Positions 1 through 10,174 of a stretch of 64,000 nucleotides of DNA are shown piece after piece. The notes below the pieces were generated by a model. That model was not told where the DNA came from. It did no database searches and worked only from the letters and a program-made list of their open reading frames with translations. The DNA is from an uncultured delta proteobacterium (lineage in GTDB: Bacteria > Desulfobacterota > Binatia > UBA9968), in the NCBI GenBank assembly GCA_963728565.1, contig CAVSLC010000010.1:160001-224000 (forward strand), given 5' to 3'. Position 1 is the stretch's first letter. Every line of letters begins with the position of its first letter. A program made the translations under genes and the position numbers.

Positions 1-1507
1 GTCTTATGCCGCATTAGCCGGCGCCACTGTTATCTTAAATCTTTCAGCTTCGAATATTACGATTGCCAAGGACGAGTATCGACACAACCTAGTCGCCAAC
101 CAGTCGGCCCGATGTATCGCCGCTTACCTCTATACCGCAGCAGGCACCGGCGAATCGACCACCGACCTTGCATGGGACGGCCATGCGATCGTCTATGACG
201 GCGGCGTTCTTGTCGGAGAGTCGGAACGGTTCCGTTACGACTCCCAGCTGGTGCTGGCGGAGCTCGATTTAGAGCGGCTGGCGCTCGAGCGCATGCGTCA
301 GAACACCTTCGGCCAGAGCATGCAGCTACACCGCGAAGAGTTGCGCCGCTTCCGCAAAGTTCCGTTTAGTCTCGAGACGCCGAAAACGGGCCGTCTATTG
401 TGCAGCCGAAAGATTGATCGATTTCCTTACGTTCCGTCCGACCCGGCGGTGCGCGACCGCCGCTGCTATGAAGCGTACAACATTCAGGTGCAGGGATTGG
501 TCAAGCGGCTCAAGAGTTCTAAAATATCCAAAATCGCTATCGGCATTTCCGGCGGGCTTGATTCAACTCACGCGCTGGTGGTGGCTGCGCGAGCGATGGA
601 TGTGCTGCAACTGCCTCGTTCTAACATTTCGGCCTATACCATGCCCGGCTTCGCCACCAGCCAGCATACCTTGGAAAACGCCAACGCGCTGATGGCGGCC
701 ATAGGTTGTGAATCCCATGAGTTGGACATTCGCCCGAGCTGCGAGCAGATGCTGCGAGATATCGGCCATCCCTATGCGAGCGGGGAACCGGTTTACGATG
801 TTACCTTCGAAAACGTTCAGGCGGGAGAGCGCACCAGCCACCTTTTTCGGCTCGCCAACCTTCATCAAGCATTGGTGCTTGGCACCAGTGATCTGAGCGA
901 GCTGGCGCTGGGCTGGTGCACCTATGGGGTGGGAGATCACATGTCCCATTACGCCATCAATGCCAGTGTGCCGAAAACTCTGGTGCAGTTTCTAATTCGC
1001 TGGGTTGCTGATACAAACCAGCTCGGTGAGCAAGCGAGCCAGGTTCTGCGGGCGATTCTCGATACCGACTTCAGCCCGGAGCTGATTCCCGCCAAGAATG
1101 ATGGAGAGCCGTTTGCCCAGAGAACAGAAGACGTCATTGGTCCTTACGAGCTGCAGGATTTCACGCTGTATTACACCCTCCGCTTTGGATACACCCCCTC
1201 GAAAATCGCATTTTTATCGTATTGCTCCTGGAGAGATCGGGCTCAGGGCCGCTGGCCCGAGGTTGCGGAGCTTAAGCGCAACCAATACGCCATCGGCGAA
1301 ATAAAGCACTGGCTTTCGGTCTTTGCCCGGCGTTTTTTTCAGCTCAGCCAGTTCAAGCGGAGTTGCATACCCAATGCGCCGAAGGTCGGCTCAGGCGGGT
1401 CTTTGTCGCCGCGCGGCGACTACCGGGCGCCCAGCGACAGCGAAGCGACGGTTTGGTTAGAAGAGATAAAGAACATTCCAGATCAGGATCTCGAAGCCGG
1501 TTCGTAG
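1..1507 (+). CDS. nadE: Glutamine-dependent NAD+ synthetase, 5'-truncated by window edge
   Basis: Frame open from base 2 (NLSASN..., [12 protein letters not shown]); synthetase motifs [45 protein letters not shown]. Confidence 0.95.
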   Translation, partial: SYAALAGATVILNLSASNITIAKDEYRHNLVANQSARCIAAYLYTAAGTGESTTDLAWDGHAIVYDGGVLVGESERFRYDSQLVLAELDLERLALERMRQNTFGQSMQLHREELRRFRKVPFSLETPKTGRLLCSRKIDRFPYVPSDPAVRDRRCYEAYNIQVQGLVKRLKSSKISKIAIGISGGLDSTHALVVAARAMDVLQLPRSNISAYTMPGFATSQHTLENANALMAAIGCESHELDIRPSCEQMLRDIGHPYASGEPVYDVTFENVQAGERTSHLFRLANLHQALVLGTSDLSELALGWCTYGVGDHMSHYAINASVPKTLVQFLIRWVADTNQLGEQASQVLRAILDTDFSPELIPAKNDGEPFAQRTEDVIGPYELQDFTLYYTLRFGYTPSKIAFLSYCSWRDRAQGRWPEVAELKRNQYAIGEIKHWLSVFARRFFQLSQFKRSCIPNAPKVGSGGSLSPRGDYRAPSDSEATVWLEEIKNIPDQDLEAGS

Positions 1508-1566
1508 CCGCTCTGGTTTTTAGCATGGCCAAGTAGCAGCGTTCAGATATCGACTCTGCAAGCTCG

Positions 1567-2274
1567 ATGAACGAAATCAGCGAATACGTTGCGCGCGTTG
1601 CCGAGCGCTTCCACTCTGAACTTGGGTCTTCGCTGGTAGGAGTCTATAAAGTTGGCAGCCTCGCCCACGGCGGCTTCAGCGCCACTTACAGCGACATCGA
1701 TGTGGCTCTTCTGCTCAACTGCCAAGAGCCGCCATCGGACTTCGCGGCGCTCGTGATTCAAGCCAAGAGTTTGCACCCCGAGTTAGGCAAAAAGCTCTCG
1801 GTGTTTTGGGGCAATCCCGTGTTCAGCTGGGGGCGCCTGCCGATAATCGATCGGTTGGATCTACTGGATCATGGGATTCCGATAGTGGGCGATCACCAAG
1901 CGGACTTTCCCCGGCCGACGCGGGTTGAAATTCATCAAGCGCTACGTGAAAGCATAGAAAAAAGTTGGCAGCCGCGTATTCCTGAGCTCCAGGGGTTAAC
2001 CCGGCTCGAAGCAAAAGACCGCAAGCCCTACGTGCGCGCAATCCTGTATGCAGCGCGCCTGATTTTCACCTGGGACAAGCTTCGGGTGGACTCGAACGAT
2101 CGCGCGGTCGAATATCTGCACCAGGTCCGACCTCCCGGCCTTGATCTCGAGTCCATCGAGAGGGCGCTCGCCTGCCGCCGAGGTCAGTGTACTGCCGAGG
2201 AGGTGTTTGCTCTGCGAGCCGATCTCAACCGCCAGGTCCAAAGCGCGCTCAGTTATATTTCGAAAAGAACTTAG
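1567..2274 (+). CDS. Nucleotidyltransferase-domain protein (aminoglycoside adenylyltransferase/MNT-like)
   Basis: GSLAHGGFSATYSDIDV Pol-beta-superfamily signature (GS...DxD). Confidence 0.7.
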   Translation: MNEISEYVARVAERFHSELGSSLVGVYKVGSLAHGGFSATYSDIDVALLLNCQEPPSDFAALVIQAKSLHPELGKKLSVFWGNPVFSWGRLPIIDRLDLLDHGIPIVGDHQADFPRPTRVEIHQALRESIEKSWQPRIPELQGLTRLEAKDRKPYVRAILYAARLIFTWDKLRVDSNDRAVEYLHQVRPPGLDLESIERALACRRGQCTAEEVFALRADLNRQVQSALSYISKRT

Positions 2275-2686
2275 GGCCAAACGGTTATGCGCGAGCAGCC
2301 TTTGAATTCAGAGTTTTCCTGCCGAGTGAAGAAGTTGTTTCGACTGAACTACTAGAGCTACAGCCTCACTGACACGAAGTCCTAAACTCCTACAGGAGGC
2401 GAATCATGAAAATCGCGACTGCCTTTCTTGTGCTGGTTGCCAGACAGGAAATTACCAGGAGAAAAGCTGGTTGCTTGCTCTTCTTGTCTGTCCATTTGAT
2501 TTCCAGTTGCGCGGTATTAAACAACAGCGTGAAATTTTATCAGGACCAACCGCGCCGGCCGATCAATTGGCGCGAATACACAAGCGACTGAGTGTGGTGA
2601 ATAAAAGAACCGCTCAAGCTCGCGGCTCGACGGTGCGAGAAGAGTAGGACTCTGGCTTGTCGAGAATGCCGTCAGAGCGCTTGCGC

Positions 2687-3277
2687 TCAGCCGGTCATCT
2701 CGTACGGCACTTGAGTCGGGCCGTCGATCTGCCGGATGGTTTGCTTCTCCAGATCATAACTTCCCTGCGTGGTTTTTCCGGCGACCCTTTCCGAGCGCAG
2801 GATGATAGCCACTGATCTGGTGGCGCCGCCCTGTTCGGCATGGATATCGAACGGCGGAACCAGATCTACTTTGCCTGCATTCCCTTCGGTGACGCTTTCC
2901 AATTCCAATTTCGCATAACCTTCTTTGCTCCGATCATCGGCGCGGCGGAATCGTTCGAGTCTTTCAGTGCCCTCCAAAATACCGTACGCCGTCCAGGCAT
3001 GCGCATGATCGTGGATGCTCCCTTTGCGACCTGGGACGCGGACGACACCGTTGATAGCAAAATTGAAATCCGGATCTTCGTAGAACAGTAGATTCTTGCG
3101 TCCTTCGGTGGAAGGCCACGATCTCGCGGCATTTTTAACGCTAGGATCCTTGACAAACTCTTCCAGCAGGCTCGCGCCCTTTTTCATACGAGCGTGCATG
3201 TCCGGCAATTCGGACCAGGCAGCGCGCAGTTCCTGGATAAACTTTTCGAATGCCGGAAGTTGTGTCGCAGTTGTCAT
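2687..3277 (-). CDS. Cysteine-dioxygenase-like cupin protein
   Basis: IHDHAHAW and PPFDIHAE metal-binding His motifs; GGAGGT RBS before ATG 3277. Confidence 0.7.
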   Translation of the reverse strand: MTTATQLPAFEKFIQELRAAWSELPDMHARMKKGASLLEEFVKDPSVKNAARSWPSTEGRKNLLFYEDPDFNFAINGVVRVPGRKGSIHDHAHAWTAYGILEGTERLERFRRADDRSKEGYAKLELESVTEGNAGKVDLVPPFDIHAEQGGATRSVAIILRSERVAGKTTQGSYDLEKQTIRQIDGPTQVPYEMTG

Positions 3278-3368
3278 CTGACCTCCAATAGCTGCTGGCA
3301 ACTAGCGCTTGCAGACCGAGAGTTTTGTTACTGATTTGAAGAATAGCATACTGAGACTGCAAGCAAGA

Positions 3369-4391
3369 TCATTTGCCGCTGTTAACTTGACGCACGAACC
3401 GGTCATCGAAAAACTGCCCCGGTGCCGCTTTCTTTGCTTCGGGGATGGTTTCCGACAGGAAATCCAGAATGCCCTGAACACCGGGTTCGGAAATTACCAG
3501 CTCCCGTCTGAAGCCCGCCCGCCGATAAAACTCATACGTCTTGTCGAGCACGTCGGCATCCGCTTCTTTGGTGTATTTGCCGATGACCTTCATGGCGAAG
3601 GGCTTGTCGCTGTAATATCGATCGATACCCGCGCGCACCGAGCGCAAGAGCGGCACTAAGCGCGAGCCGAGCTCGTCCATGCGGTTGCGCCGCACGACAA
3701 TCCCGACATTCTGATAGGGAACATCAAGTAAATTAACCATGGAACGAAAGCCGGCACGCTCCAGGACAAAGCTGGCGGGAGGCGCGCCCAAGCCGCCGAT
3801 GATCTGACCGCCGTGGAGAGCGGCAACGACCTGGGCACTGCTGCCGAGAGGAAACAGTTGCACGTCTTTCGGCGTGAGCCCCATTTTTTTGAGAGCTACC
3901 AGGGTGCCGTAAGCCACCGGCGTGGCCGGCCGGTCGGTGCCGACTAGCTTGCCCCTGAGTTGTTCCGGGCTTTTTATTTCCGGTCGCGCATAAAAGTCCC
4001 AGATCATCGTATTGAGCAGTCCCGCGACAAAGACGACGTCGTGACCGCGCAAGGAAGCGGTAATTACCGGTGCCGCCGAGACTTGAACCGCATCGATTTC
4101 ATTGGCGATGAGCGCCGGTATGGCGACACTCGAGGCCATCGACAAAACTTCGACTTCGACCCCTTCTTTGGCAAAGCCGCCGATCTCTTTAGCCATCCAC
4201 AGCGACGCCATTGTCGCCGACGTGCTGAGATAAGCGACCCTGAGGGGCCGGCTCGGGCGAGGAGATGCTTGCGCGAGGGTGACTTCGGCCTGAGTTATTG
4301 AAGATGGCAGCGATTGCAAAGAGGCTGCGCCGGCTTCAGCGCCGAATAGCATTCGGACGGCCATGCCGATCAGCAACAAGGCATTGCCCAT
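3369..4391 (-). CDS. ABC transporter substrate-binding protein (NMT1/SsuA/TauA family)
   Basis: Signal-like N-terminus, GGFAKEGVEVE, EQLRGKLVG, FFDDRFV C-terminus; the longer 5' ORF extension runs through a repeat element. Confidence 0.85.
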   Translation of the reverse strand: MGNALLLIGMAVRMLFGAEAGAASLQSLPSSITQAEVTLAQASPRPSRPLRVAYLSTSATMASLWMAKEIGGFAKEGVEVEVLSMASSVAIPALIANEIDAVQVSAAPVITASLRGHDVVFVAGLLNTMIWDFYARPEIKSPEQLRGKLVGTDRPATPVAYGTLVALKKMGLTPKDVQLFPLGSSAQVVAALHGGQIIGGLGAPPASFVLERAGFRSMVNLLDVPYQNVGIVVRRNRMDELGSRLVPLLRSVRAGIDRYYSDKPFAMKVIGKYTKEADADVLDKTYEFYRRAGFRRELVISEPGVQGILDFLSETIPEAKKAAPGQFFDDRFVRQVNSGK

Positions 4392-4461
4392 GAGCCGATG
4401 CCGCAAAAAAACTGAAGCGCGCAACCGGTAAAACAGCCTGATCGCGGTTCGACGTGTTCTG

Positions 4462-4561
4462 GCAGGCTGCTGAAAAAAGCCTCTTGCAGGCTGCTCAAAA
4501 AGATCCAGAGGCGAGACGATTGAGCGGCAACGAAGCATATGGGTCTTTTTCAGCAGTCTGC
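4462..4561. repeat. MITE-like repeat family A, copy 1
   Basis: Ends GCAGGCTGCTGAAAAA / TTTTTCAGCAGTCTGC(TAG) are inverted repeats; shares CCTCTTGCAGGCTGCTCAAAAAGATCCAGA and GATTGAGCGGCAACGAAGC with 58765-58914. Confidence 0.8.
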
Positions 4562-4752
4562 TAGGATGTGCTTCTTTTCTGGATCGATTCATTCTGTAGT
4601 CGTCACTCAGGCGAAAGTCAAAATTATCCGAACAAGCAAGGCAGGTGCAGAAGGAGCGTCAAGCATGAACATTTGCCAATCATGAACTCACAGGGTGCTC
4701 GAACAGAGCACCGCGGGTCAACGGATTCATGCGGCTTGAAGTTCAATGCGCA

Positions 4753-5376
4753 TTACTCCCTGTTTCGGCTCATTTGCTCGTCCCGTCGCGCTGCGTCGAT
4801 CTCCCATTCCATGCGATTGCCGACCCATTCCGCGGTTTCGATCACTCGCTGTGCGCTCCATCGACGATCGGTGATTTGCTTCAAAAAGCGCTCGATCTCA
4901 GATCTAACCTCTCGATTGCTATCCCAGTAAATTCCCTGGGGCAAATTGGCTTCAATATACTCGAGCCATTGGTAAATGGCTTTTAATCCGGCGGTAGTCT
5001 CCTGAAAACCCGGTTCTCCATGGTTCTGACGCACTAATGTGATACCAAGATAGAGTCGCGCCATTGCATCGTCTGGAAACTGTAACGTCGCCTGCTCGAA
5101 GGCTTGGCGCGCTTCCGAAAACCTCCCCAGCTGGTAAAGAGCGCGACCGGTATAGGTGACCGTGGACTGTGGAAGTGTGCTGAAATACAAGAACTCAGGG
5201 TCGAGCTCGGCGGCGCGTTGGAAATGAGCGAGGGCGGCCTGCGCATTGCCGGCAAGGAGCGCTTGCCTGCCTCTGTGCACTTCAATCATTGCGGTCATCG
5301 GTTTGCAAGCAGCATGGTTGAGGACGAAAGGAATTATCAGTAGGAGAAAGGCGGTCCTCATACTCAGGTTTGACAT
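4753..5376 (-). CDS. TPR-repeat putative lipoprotein
   Basis: Hydrophobic N-terminus with AAC lipobox-like site; TPR-like helices (ALAHFQRAAELDP, GRALYQLGRFSEA). Confidence 0.7.
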   Translation of the reverse strand: MSNLSMRTAFLLLIIPFVLNHAACKPMTAMIEVHRGRQALLAGNAQAALAHFQRAAELDPEFLYFSTLPQSTVTYTGRALYQLGRFSEARQAFEQATLQFPDDAMARLYLGITLVRQNHGEPGFQETTAGLKAIYQWLEYIEANLPQGIYWDSNREVRSEIERFLKQITDRRWSAQRVIETAEWVGNRMEWEIDAARRDEQMSRNRE

Positions 5377-5659
5377 ATTCAATAGTACGTGCCGCTTGAT
5401 GGTGCAAGAAGCCGCGCTCAGGTGGCGCGCGATTATCGAGGTATGGCGGGACCGGCGACAGAGCAGCCGAGACCACTCCTGATCGCGGCGAGTCGAAATA
5501 GCCAATACGGCTTCACGACGGCGTGCTCACAGAATCCTCAGCAGGTGAAGCACGACCGCGCAGCAACAATTTTGGTTATGGTTTGATCCGGTATAAAGGT
5601 AATTGCTTGGTATCGAGTGATCCCGGCGTGGCGCTGTGTCTAATCAGAAAAACTGTCGA

Positions 5660-6349
5660 TCATTGCGCAACCAGCACGGCTCCGGCGGTTTTACTTTCGC
5701 TAAAAACACCTAGTTTAGTCAATGTGTACTGCCCTGAGCCGTAAACCGGTCCCTGGTCCAATTGGCATCCCAGCCCGAGTGTCAGATGCAATTGGCTGTA
5801 GTACTCCATATCCATGCGGTGATCGATCTCCACATAGTAGCCGTCGAGGCGGCCGGCCGGAGTGTCGAACTGCGACGAAGAGGCGGGCTTTACCTGATGG
5901 GTCACGCGCCCGGCGCGCTTGAGCTTGCCGGTGGCAAGACTGTACATCTTGTAACCGGTCTCCCGATGAATAAGGTCGGAGGATTTGACATCGCTGGGCA
6001 TCACCGGCAGAGCCGAATCATAGATGATAAAACTCCGGCTGTTTGGCAAGTCGAGTCGCTTCATCGTCAATGCGCCGCCGGGTTCGCGAACTACATGGAC
6101 GGCAGCGTAGTTGCCGAAAATGAGCTTCCATCGTTTTCCGTTGGCAAGGTCGGGTTCGGACGTGAGCGGGACCACTTTGCCGCGGTCCTTGCCCTCGGTG
6201 ATCTTAAATTCTTTCTGCCAGCTGGCCAGAGGAATTAGCTCCCGGAGAGAAGATTCGGAAGGTAGCGGCAAAGACCATGCAAGGGGAGGTAGTGCGGAGA
6301 TTGACAGGCAGATCACTAGGTTGAAGATAACAGCCAGAGGACGTCTCAT
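5660..6349 (-). CDS. Hypothetical exported protein
   Basis: 229-aa ORF with signal peptide (MRRPLAVIFNLVICLSISALPPLAWS). Confidence 0.6.
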   Translation of the reverse strand: MRRPLAVIFNLVICLSISALPPLAWSLPLPSESSLRELIPLASWQKEFKITEGKDRGKVVPLTSEPDLANGKRWKLIFGNYAAVHVVREPGGALTMKRLDLPNSRSFIIYDSALPVMPSDVKSSDLIHRETGYKMYSLATGKLKRAGRVTHQVKPASSSQFDTPAGRLDGYYVEIDHRMDMEYYSQLHLTLGLGCQLDQGPVYGSGQYTLTKLGVFSESKTAGAVLVAQ

Positions 6350-6447
6350 CGGGTCTTTCTCTCCTCGTTCTGCGCGTCTGCGCCTTAGGCGGGACAAATT
6401 CTAGCCACTAAATCATAACTCACCAGCTATTTCAAATTTGCCGCGCC

Positions 6448-6456
6448 TGTTATAAT
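6448..6456 (+). promoter_or_regulatory. Extended -10 sigma70-type promoter upstream of ku
   Basis: TGTTATAAT (TGnTATAAT) about 70 bp before the ku ATG; AAGGAGG RBS. Confidence 0.5.
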
Positions 6457-6524
6457 ACAGGACGAGGTTCTCGTTCGCTCGGGGCTTTGCCTGAGCCTGG
6501 GTTAGACTTGAAGGAGGAAGCATC

Positions 6525-7382
6525 ATGCCCCCGCATTCTATTGGTTCCGGTACGATTTCCTTCGGTTTAGTATCAATTCCCGTTAGACTTTACTCAGCCG
6601 CCTCCTCGCAGTCGGTGAGCTTCAATCTGCTTCATGCCAGATGCGGCAATCGGATCCGGCAACAGCGCTTTTGTCCGGTATGTAATGAGGTCGTCGAGCG
6701 CGATGATCTGGTTAAAGGCTACGAGTTTGCCAAGGATCAATACGTCAAGATCCAGGACGAGGAGTTGAAAGCGCTTGAGGACGAGGCGTCCAATGCCATC
6801 CAGATTGCCGAATTCGTGCCGCTTTCACAGGTCGATCCTGTTTACTTCGAAAAGAGTTATTATCTCGGCCCCGACAAGGGGGGCGAAAAACCTTATCGTT
6901 TGTTGTCCGATGCGATGGCGCAAGCCGGCAAGGTTGCCTTGGCCAAATTCGTCATGCGCGGCAAAGAAAATTTAGTGCTGGTGCGCTCGGCGCAGAATGG
7001 CCTGATGCTTCACGCGATGTATTTCGCCGACGAGGTGCGTAATTTTGCTGAGATCGGTAAAGGAGAATCGGCCAAGGTCACGGATGCCGAAACCAACCTG
7101 GCGCTCAGGCTTATCGACGAGCTTTCGAGCGAGCAGTTCAGCCCGGAAAGGTATGAGGATGAATACCGCGACCGTGTTCTGGAGTTGATCAACAGCAAGG
7201 CGCAGGGCAAACAAATCACCATCGCCGCGCCCCCGGCGCCGCGTGCCCAGGTCATCGACTTGGTGGCCGCGCTCAAGGAAAGTCTCGGCAAAAAAATTCC
7301 GCAGGAAAAGAAGCCGGCAGTTCGGGCGAAGCCGGCCCAGCCTGAGAAGGCCAAAAAGAGAGCTCAATCCGGTAAGAAATGA
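6525..7382 (+). CDS. ku: Ku DNA-end-binding protein (NHEJ)
   Basis: GTISFGLVSIPVRLYSA, LVKGYE, VDPVYFEKSYYLGP, VIDLVAALKES; basic C-terminal tail. Confidence 0.97.
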   Translation: MPPHSIGSGTISFGLVSIPVRLYSAASSQSVSFNLLHARCGNRIRQQRFCPVCNEVVERDDLVKGYEFAKDQYVKIQDEELKALEDEASNAIQIAEFVPLSQVDPVYFEKSYYLGPDKGGEKPYRLLSDAMAQAGKVALAKFVMRGKENLVLVRSAQNGLMLHAMYFADEVRNFAEIGKGESAKVTDAETNLALRLIDELSSEQFSPERYEDEYRDRVLELINSKAQGKQITIAAPPAPRAQVIDLVAALKESLGKKIPQEKKPAVRAKPAQPEKAKKRAQSGKK

Positions 7383-8200
7383 AACTGTTCACCACCGGCG
7401 AGGTGGCGAAGATTCTCAACCTTCCGGGCAGTCGCATCCGCTCTTTTGTTCGCGCCGGATTTCTCAAGCCCGGCCGCGGCAAGAAGAAATCGCTGCAATT
7501 TACGTTTCAAGACGTTCTCTTTCTCAAGACAGCCAAAGGTCTCCTCGACTCCCGCGTTCCATCTAAAAACATCATCCGCATGCTGTTGTCGTTGAAGCGC
7601 CAGCTTCCCGGCGATCAACATCTGTCCAGCGTGAAAATATATGCCGACAATCGACGAGTGATCGCGTGGGACGGCAAGGCACGCTGGCAGCCCGACTCCG
7701 GACAGTTTTTGTTTAACTTTGATGCCCGGGCCGTAGTGCAAAGCCTGAATGCGCCGATAACTGCGGCAAAGCCGCAAGCCGGCAAACTGAGCGCTCAACA
7801 TTGGTTCGATCTGGCCGTGGAGTTGGAGGAGAGTTCAGTCAAGGAAGCTCAACGGGCCTACCACATGGCGCTGGAGCAAGACGCGAAAATGGCGGATGCG
7901 CACCTAAATTTGGGAAAGCTTTATCATGACCTCGGTGAGCTCAAGAAAGCCGAAGCTCATTACCGCGCTGCCGCCGAAAGCGCACCGAAGGATCCGGCGC
8001 CGAAATTCAATCTCGGTGTGTTGCTTGAAGATGCGCGGCAAATCCAAGCCGCCCGCTGCGCTTACCAGGAAGCAGTCAAGCTCGATCCGGGCTTCGCCGA
8101 TGCCCACTATAATTTAGCTTTGTTGTGCGAGTCGTTAAATGAGAAAGCCGAAGCGGTGGCACATTTCCGCGCTGCGCGAAAACTCTATCTGAACAAATAG
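7379..8200 (+). CDS. MerR-type HTH + TPR protein, translationally coupled to ku
   Basis: FTTGEVAKILNLPGSRIRSFVRAGFL (MerR-like HTH); C-terminal TPRs (AHLNLGKLYHDLG, AHYNLALLCE); ATGA overlap with the ku stop. Confidence 0.85.
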   Translation: MKLFTTGEVAKILNLPGSRIRSFVRAGFLKPGRGKKKSLQFTFQDVLFLKTAKGLLDSRVPSKNIIRMLLSLKRQLPGDQHLSSVKIYADNRRVIAWDGKARWQPDSGQFLFNFDARAVVQSLNAPITAAKPQAGKLSAQHWFDLAVELEESSVKEAQRAYHMALEQDAKMADAHLNLGKLYHDLGELKKAEAHYRAAAESAPKDPAPKFNLGVLLEDARQIQAARCAYQEAVKLDPGFADAHYNLALLCESLNEKAEAVAHFRAARKLYLNK

Positions 8201-8214
8201 TATCTCGCCAAGGT

Positions 8215-8961
8215 TCATGGCCGGGAAGATTTTGTCGACTGCTCATGGCGCTCCTTGAAGCGTTTCAAGAACCATGACGCAGCGATGAGAAGCAACACTA
8301 AAACCACTATCAAAGCAACGAAGCTACCCGCCCCTGGATTGCGCAGGACCTGTTCGATTTGAAGTCCGGCAAACGTCAGTACGATGATACCGGGTATCCT
8401 GCCGACGATGCTGGCCGTAATGAAGTGTCGGAAGCGAATAGGAATGCTGCCGATAAAGATATTTACCAGTGTGAAGGGCGCTACCGGTAAGAGGCGCATA
8501 GTAAGCACGGCCAAGAAACCATGGCCGGCCGCTTGTTCGAGAAGCCGGTCGATTCGCGGACCGGCGAATCGGTGAAAGAGCTTGTGCTTGAAAGCCCGAC
8601 CTATAGCATAGCCCAGTGCGGCACCTGCAAGCCATCCTGCGAGACCATAGGCGTTGCCCCGGATCGGCCCGAAGGTAAAAACCGTGGCGACGTTGAGGAT
8701 GGTCACCGGGAAGAGGACCAGACTTCCCGCTAAATAGGTGCCGATCACGAATAAAAGCGCCGCCGGATGAGCGCGCACGGAGTTTTGCCATTCGACGATA
8801 GTTCTGAAATTGATCCATTCACTGATCGGCGTCCAGCGCCAGGCGATGGATAACCCGAGTAGCACAGCAACAAGCAGGAGACATTTGAGCAGCGGGCCGC
8901 GAGTTTTCTCAGCGGTTTCGACTTCGCTCTCGTGCGGAATCCCTTTAGCTGCTTCTCCCAT
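8215..8961 (-). CDS. TVP38/TMEM64 (VTT/DedA-superfamily) membrane protein
   Basis: FGPIRG, RLLPVAPFTLVN, GRIPG motifs; multiple TM segments. Confidence 0.85.
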   Translation of the reverse strand: MGEAAKGIPHESEVETAEKTRGPLLKCLLLVAVLLGLSIAWRWTPISEWINFRTIVEWQNSVRAHPAALLFVIGTYLAGSLVLFPVTILNVATVFTFGPIRGNAYGLAGWLAGAALGYAIGRAFKHKLFHRFAGPRIDRLLEQAAGHGFLAVLTMRLLPVAPFTLVNIFIGSIPIRFRHFITASIVGRIPGIIVLTFAGLQIEQVLRNPGAGSFVALIVVLVLLLIAASWFLKRFKERHEQSTKSSRP

Positions 8962-9115
8962 TTGATTTAGGGTAAAGGTCGGATTGCCGTGAAGCAAGGT
9001 CGGATTTGTTATTCTCGCTATTGGGACACGAAGTCGATCCAGCTATGGGTAACCGGCTGTCAATGATGCCGCGCGCATCATCCAACCATCAACTCTCGGG
9101 TGCAGCGAAATCTGC

Positions 9116-9130
9116 TGGCGCAGGCTTTGC
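9116..9130 (+). promoter_or_regulatory. sigma54 (-24/-12) promoter upstream of the LigD polymerase gene
   Basis: TGGCGC-AGGCT-TTGC(T), exact GG-N10-GC spacing, 15 bp before ATG 9146. Confidence 0.65.
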
Positions 9131-9145
9131 TTTTTGACTACGTTG

Positions 9146-10174
9146 ATGCCGCAAAAACCAACTTCCGAAACGGCAACGAGAGATCGTCGTCGGCCAACGC
9201 ATCGTGCAAAATCGCGGACGGCGGGCGCGCCTGACTCCAGCCCGTTGCGCATTCCCAAAGACCGGGACAGCGTCGCAATCGATTGGGAAGGCAAAAATGT
9301 TACGCTAACCAATTTGCGTAAAGTATTTTGGCCTGATCTGGGGATAACCAAAGGCGATCTGCTTCAGTTCTATGCCGATGTCGCGCCGGTATTGTTGCCC
9401 CACCTGGTAAATCGCGCAATGGTTATGAAGCGCTATCCTCATGGCATCGCCGGTGAATTCTTTTTCATGAAACGCGCGCCGTCGCCGCGGCCAGAGTGGA
9501 TCGAGACCTGCGCGATTGAGCACTCGTCCGGGAACGTTATCGATTTTCCGGTGATTCGGGATCTCGCCTCGCTCCTATGGGTTATCAATCTTGGATGCAT
9601 CGATTTAAATCCTTGGTATGCTCGCTGCGATGATGTCGATCGGCCGGATTATTTACATTTCGACCTTGATCCGGTGAAAGGTGCAACCTGGGAGCAGATG
9701 TTGGAGACCGCCTCGGTAGTGCATGACGCCTTGGAGAGTCTTAAGTTACCCTCCCTGATCAAAACTACCGGCTCGAAGGGCTTTCATATCTACGTGCCGA
9801 TCATGCGCGGGCCAACCCAGAAGCAGGTCTGGGCGGTCGCTAAAAAGTTTGCCCTCACCTTGGCAGCTCTGCGTCCAGATTTAATGACCGCCGAATACCG
9901 AATCGCCAAGAGGCCGAACAAGCGAGTTCTGGTTGATTACAATCAAAACGCCTGGGGCCAAACCTTATCCTCGATTTACTCGGTAAGACCGCAGCCTAAA
10001 GCAACCGTTTCGACTCCGATTACCTGGAAGGAGCTGAAGAAGGGACCGGGTATCGAAGACTTCCACATCGGCAATGTTCGCGAGCGGATTCACAAGCTAG
10101 GTGATTTGTGGGCGCCTTTGCTGGCGCAAACCGGACGCGCCAGATTGGAAACCCTGTATGACGCTATCGATTAG
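9146..10174 (+). CDS. ligD: Stand-alone LigD polymerase/primase (AEP, Prim-PolC-like) domain
   Basis: LTNLRKVFWP, TKGDLLQFY, KRYPHGI..FFMK, FDLDP, KTTGSKGFHI, LVDYNQN, YSVRP, VSTPITW; no ligase or phosphoesterase domain. Confidence 0.92.
   Translation: MPQKPTSETATRDRRRPTHRAKSRTAGAPDSSPLRIPKDRDSVAIDWEGKNVTLTNLRKVFWPDLGITKGDLLQFYADVAPVLLPHLVNRAMVMKRYPHGIAGEFFFMKRAPSPRPEWIETCAIEHSSGNVIDFPVIRDLASLLWVINLGCIDLNPWYARCDDVDRPDYLHFDLDPVKGATWEQMLETASVVHDALESLKLPSLIKTTGSKGFHIYVPIMRGPTQKQVWAVAKKFALTLAALRPDLMTAEYRIAKRPNKRVLVDYNQNAWGQTLSSIYSVRPQPKATVSTPITWKELKKGPGIEDFHIGNVRERIHKLGDLWAPLLAQTGRARLETLYDAID

Noticed and set aside
2406-2591. 61-aa ORF with AGGAGG RBS ending in TGA (possible Sec read-through)
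   Set aside because: A second TGA follows two codons later, with no redox motif or SECIS; at most a gene fragment
4392-4592. 5' extension of the ABC binding protein ORF (SRLLKKTHMLRCRS...LFEQPA)
   Set aside because: It is the translation of repeat family A; the same applies to ORFs 58770-58985 and 58796-59062
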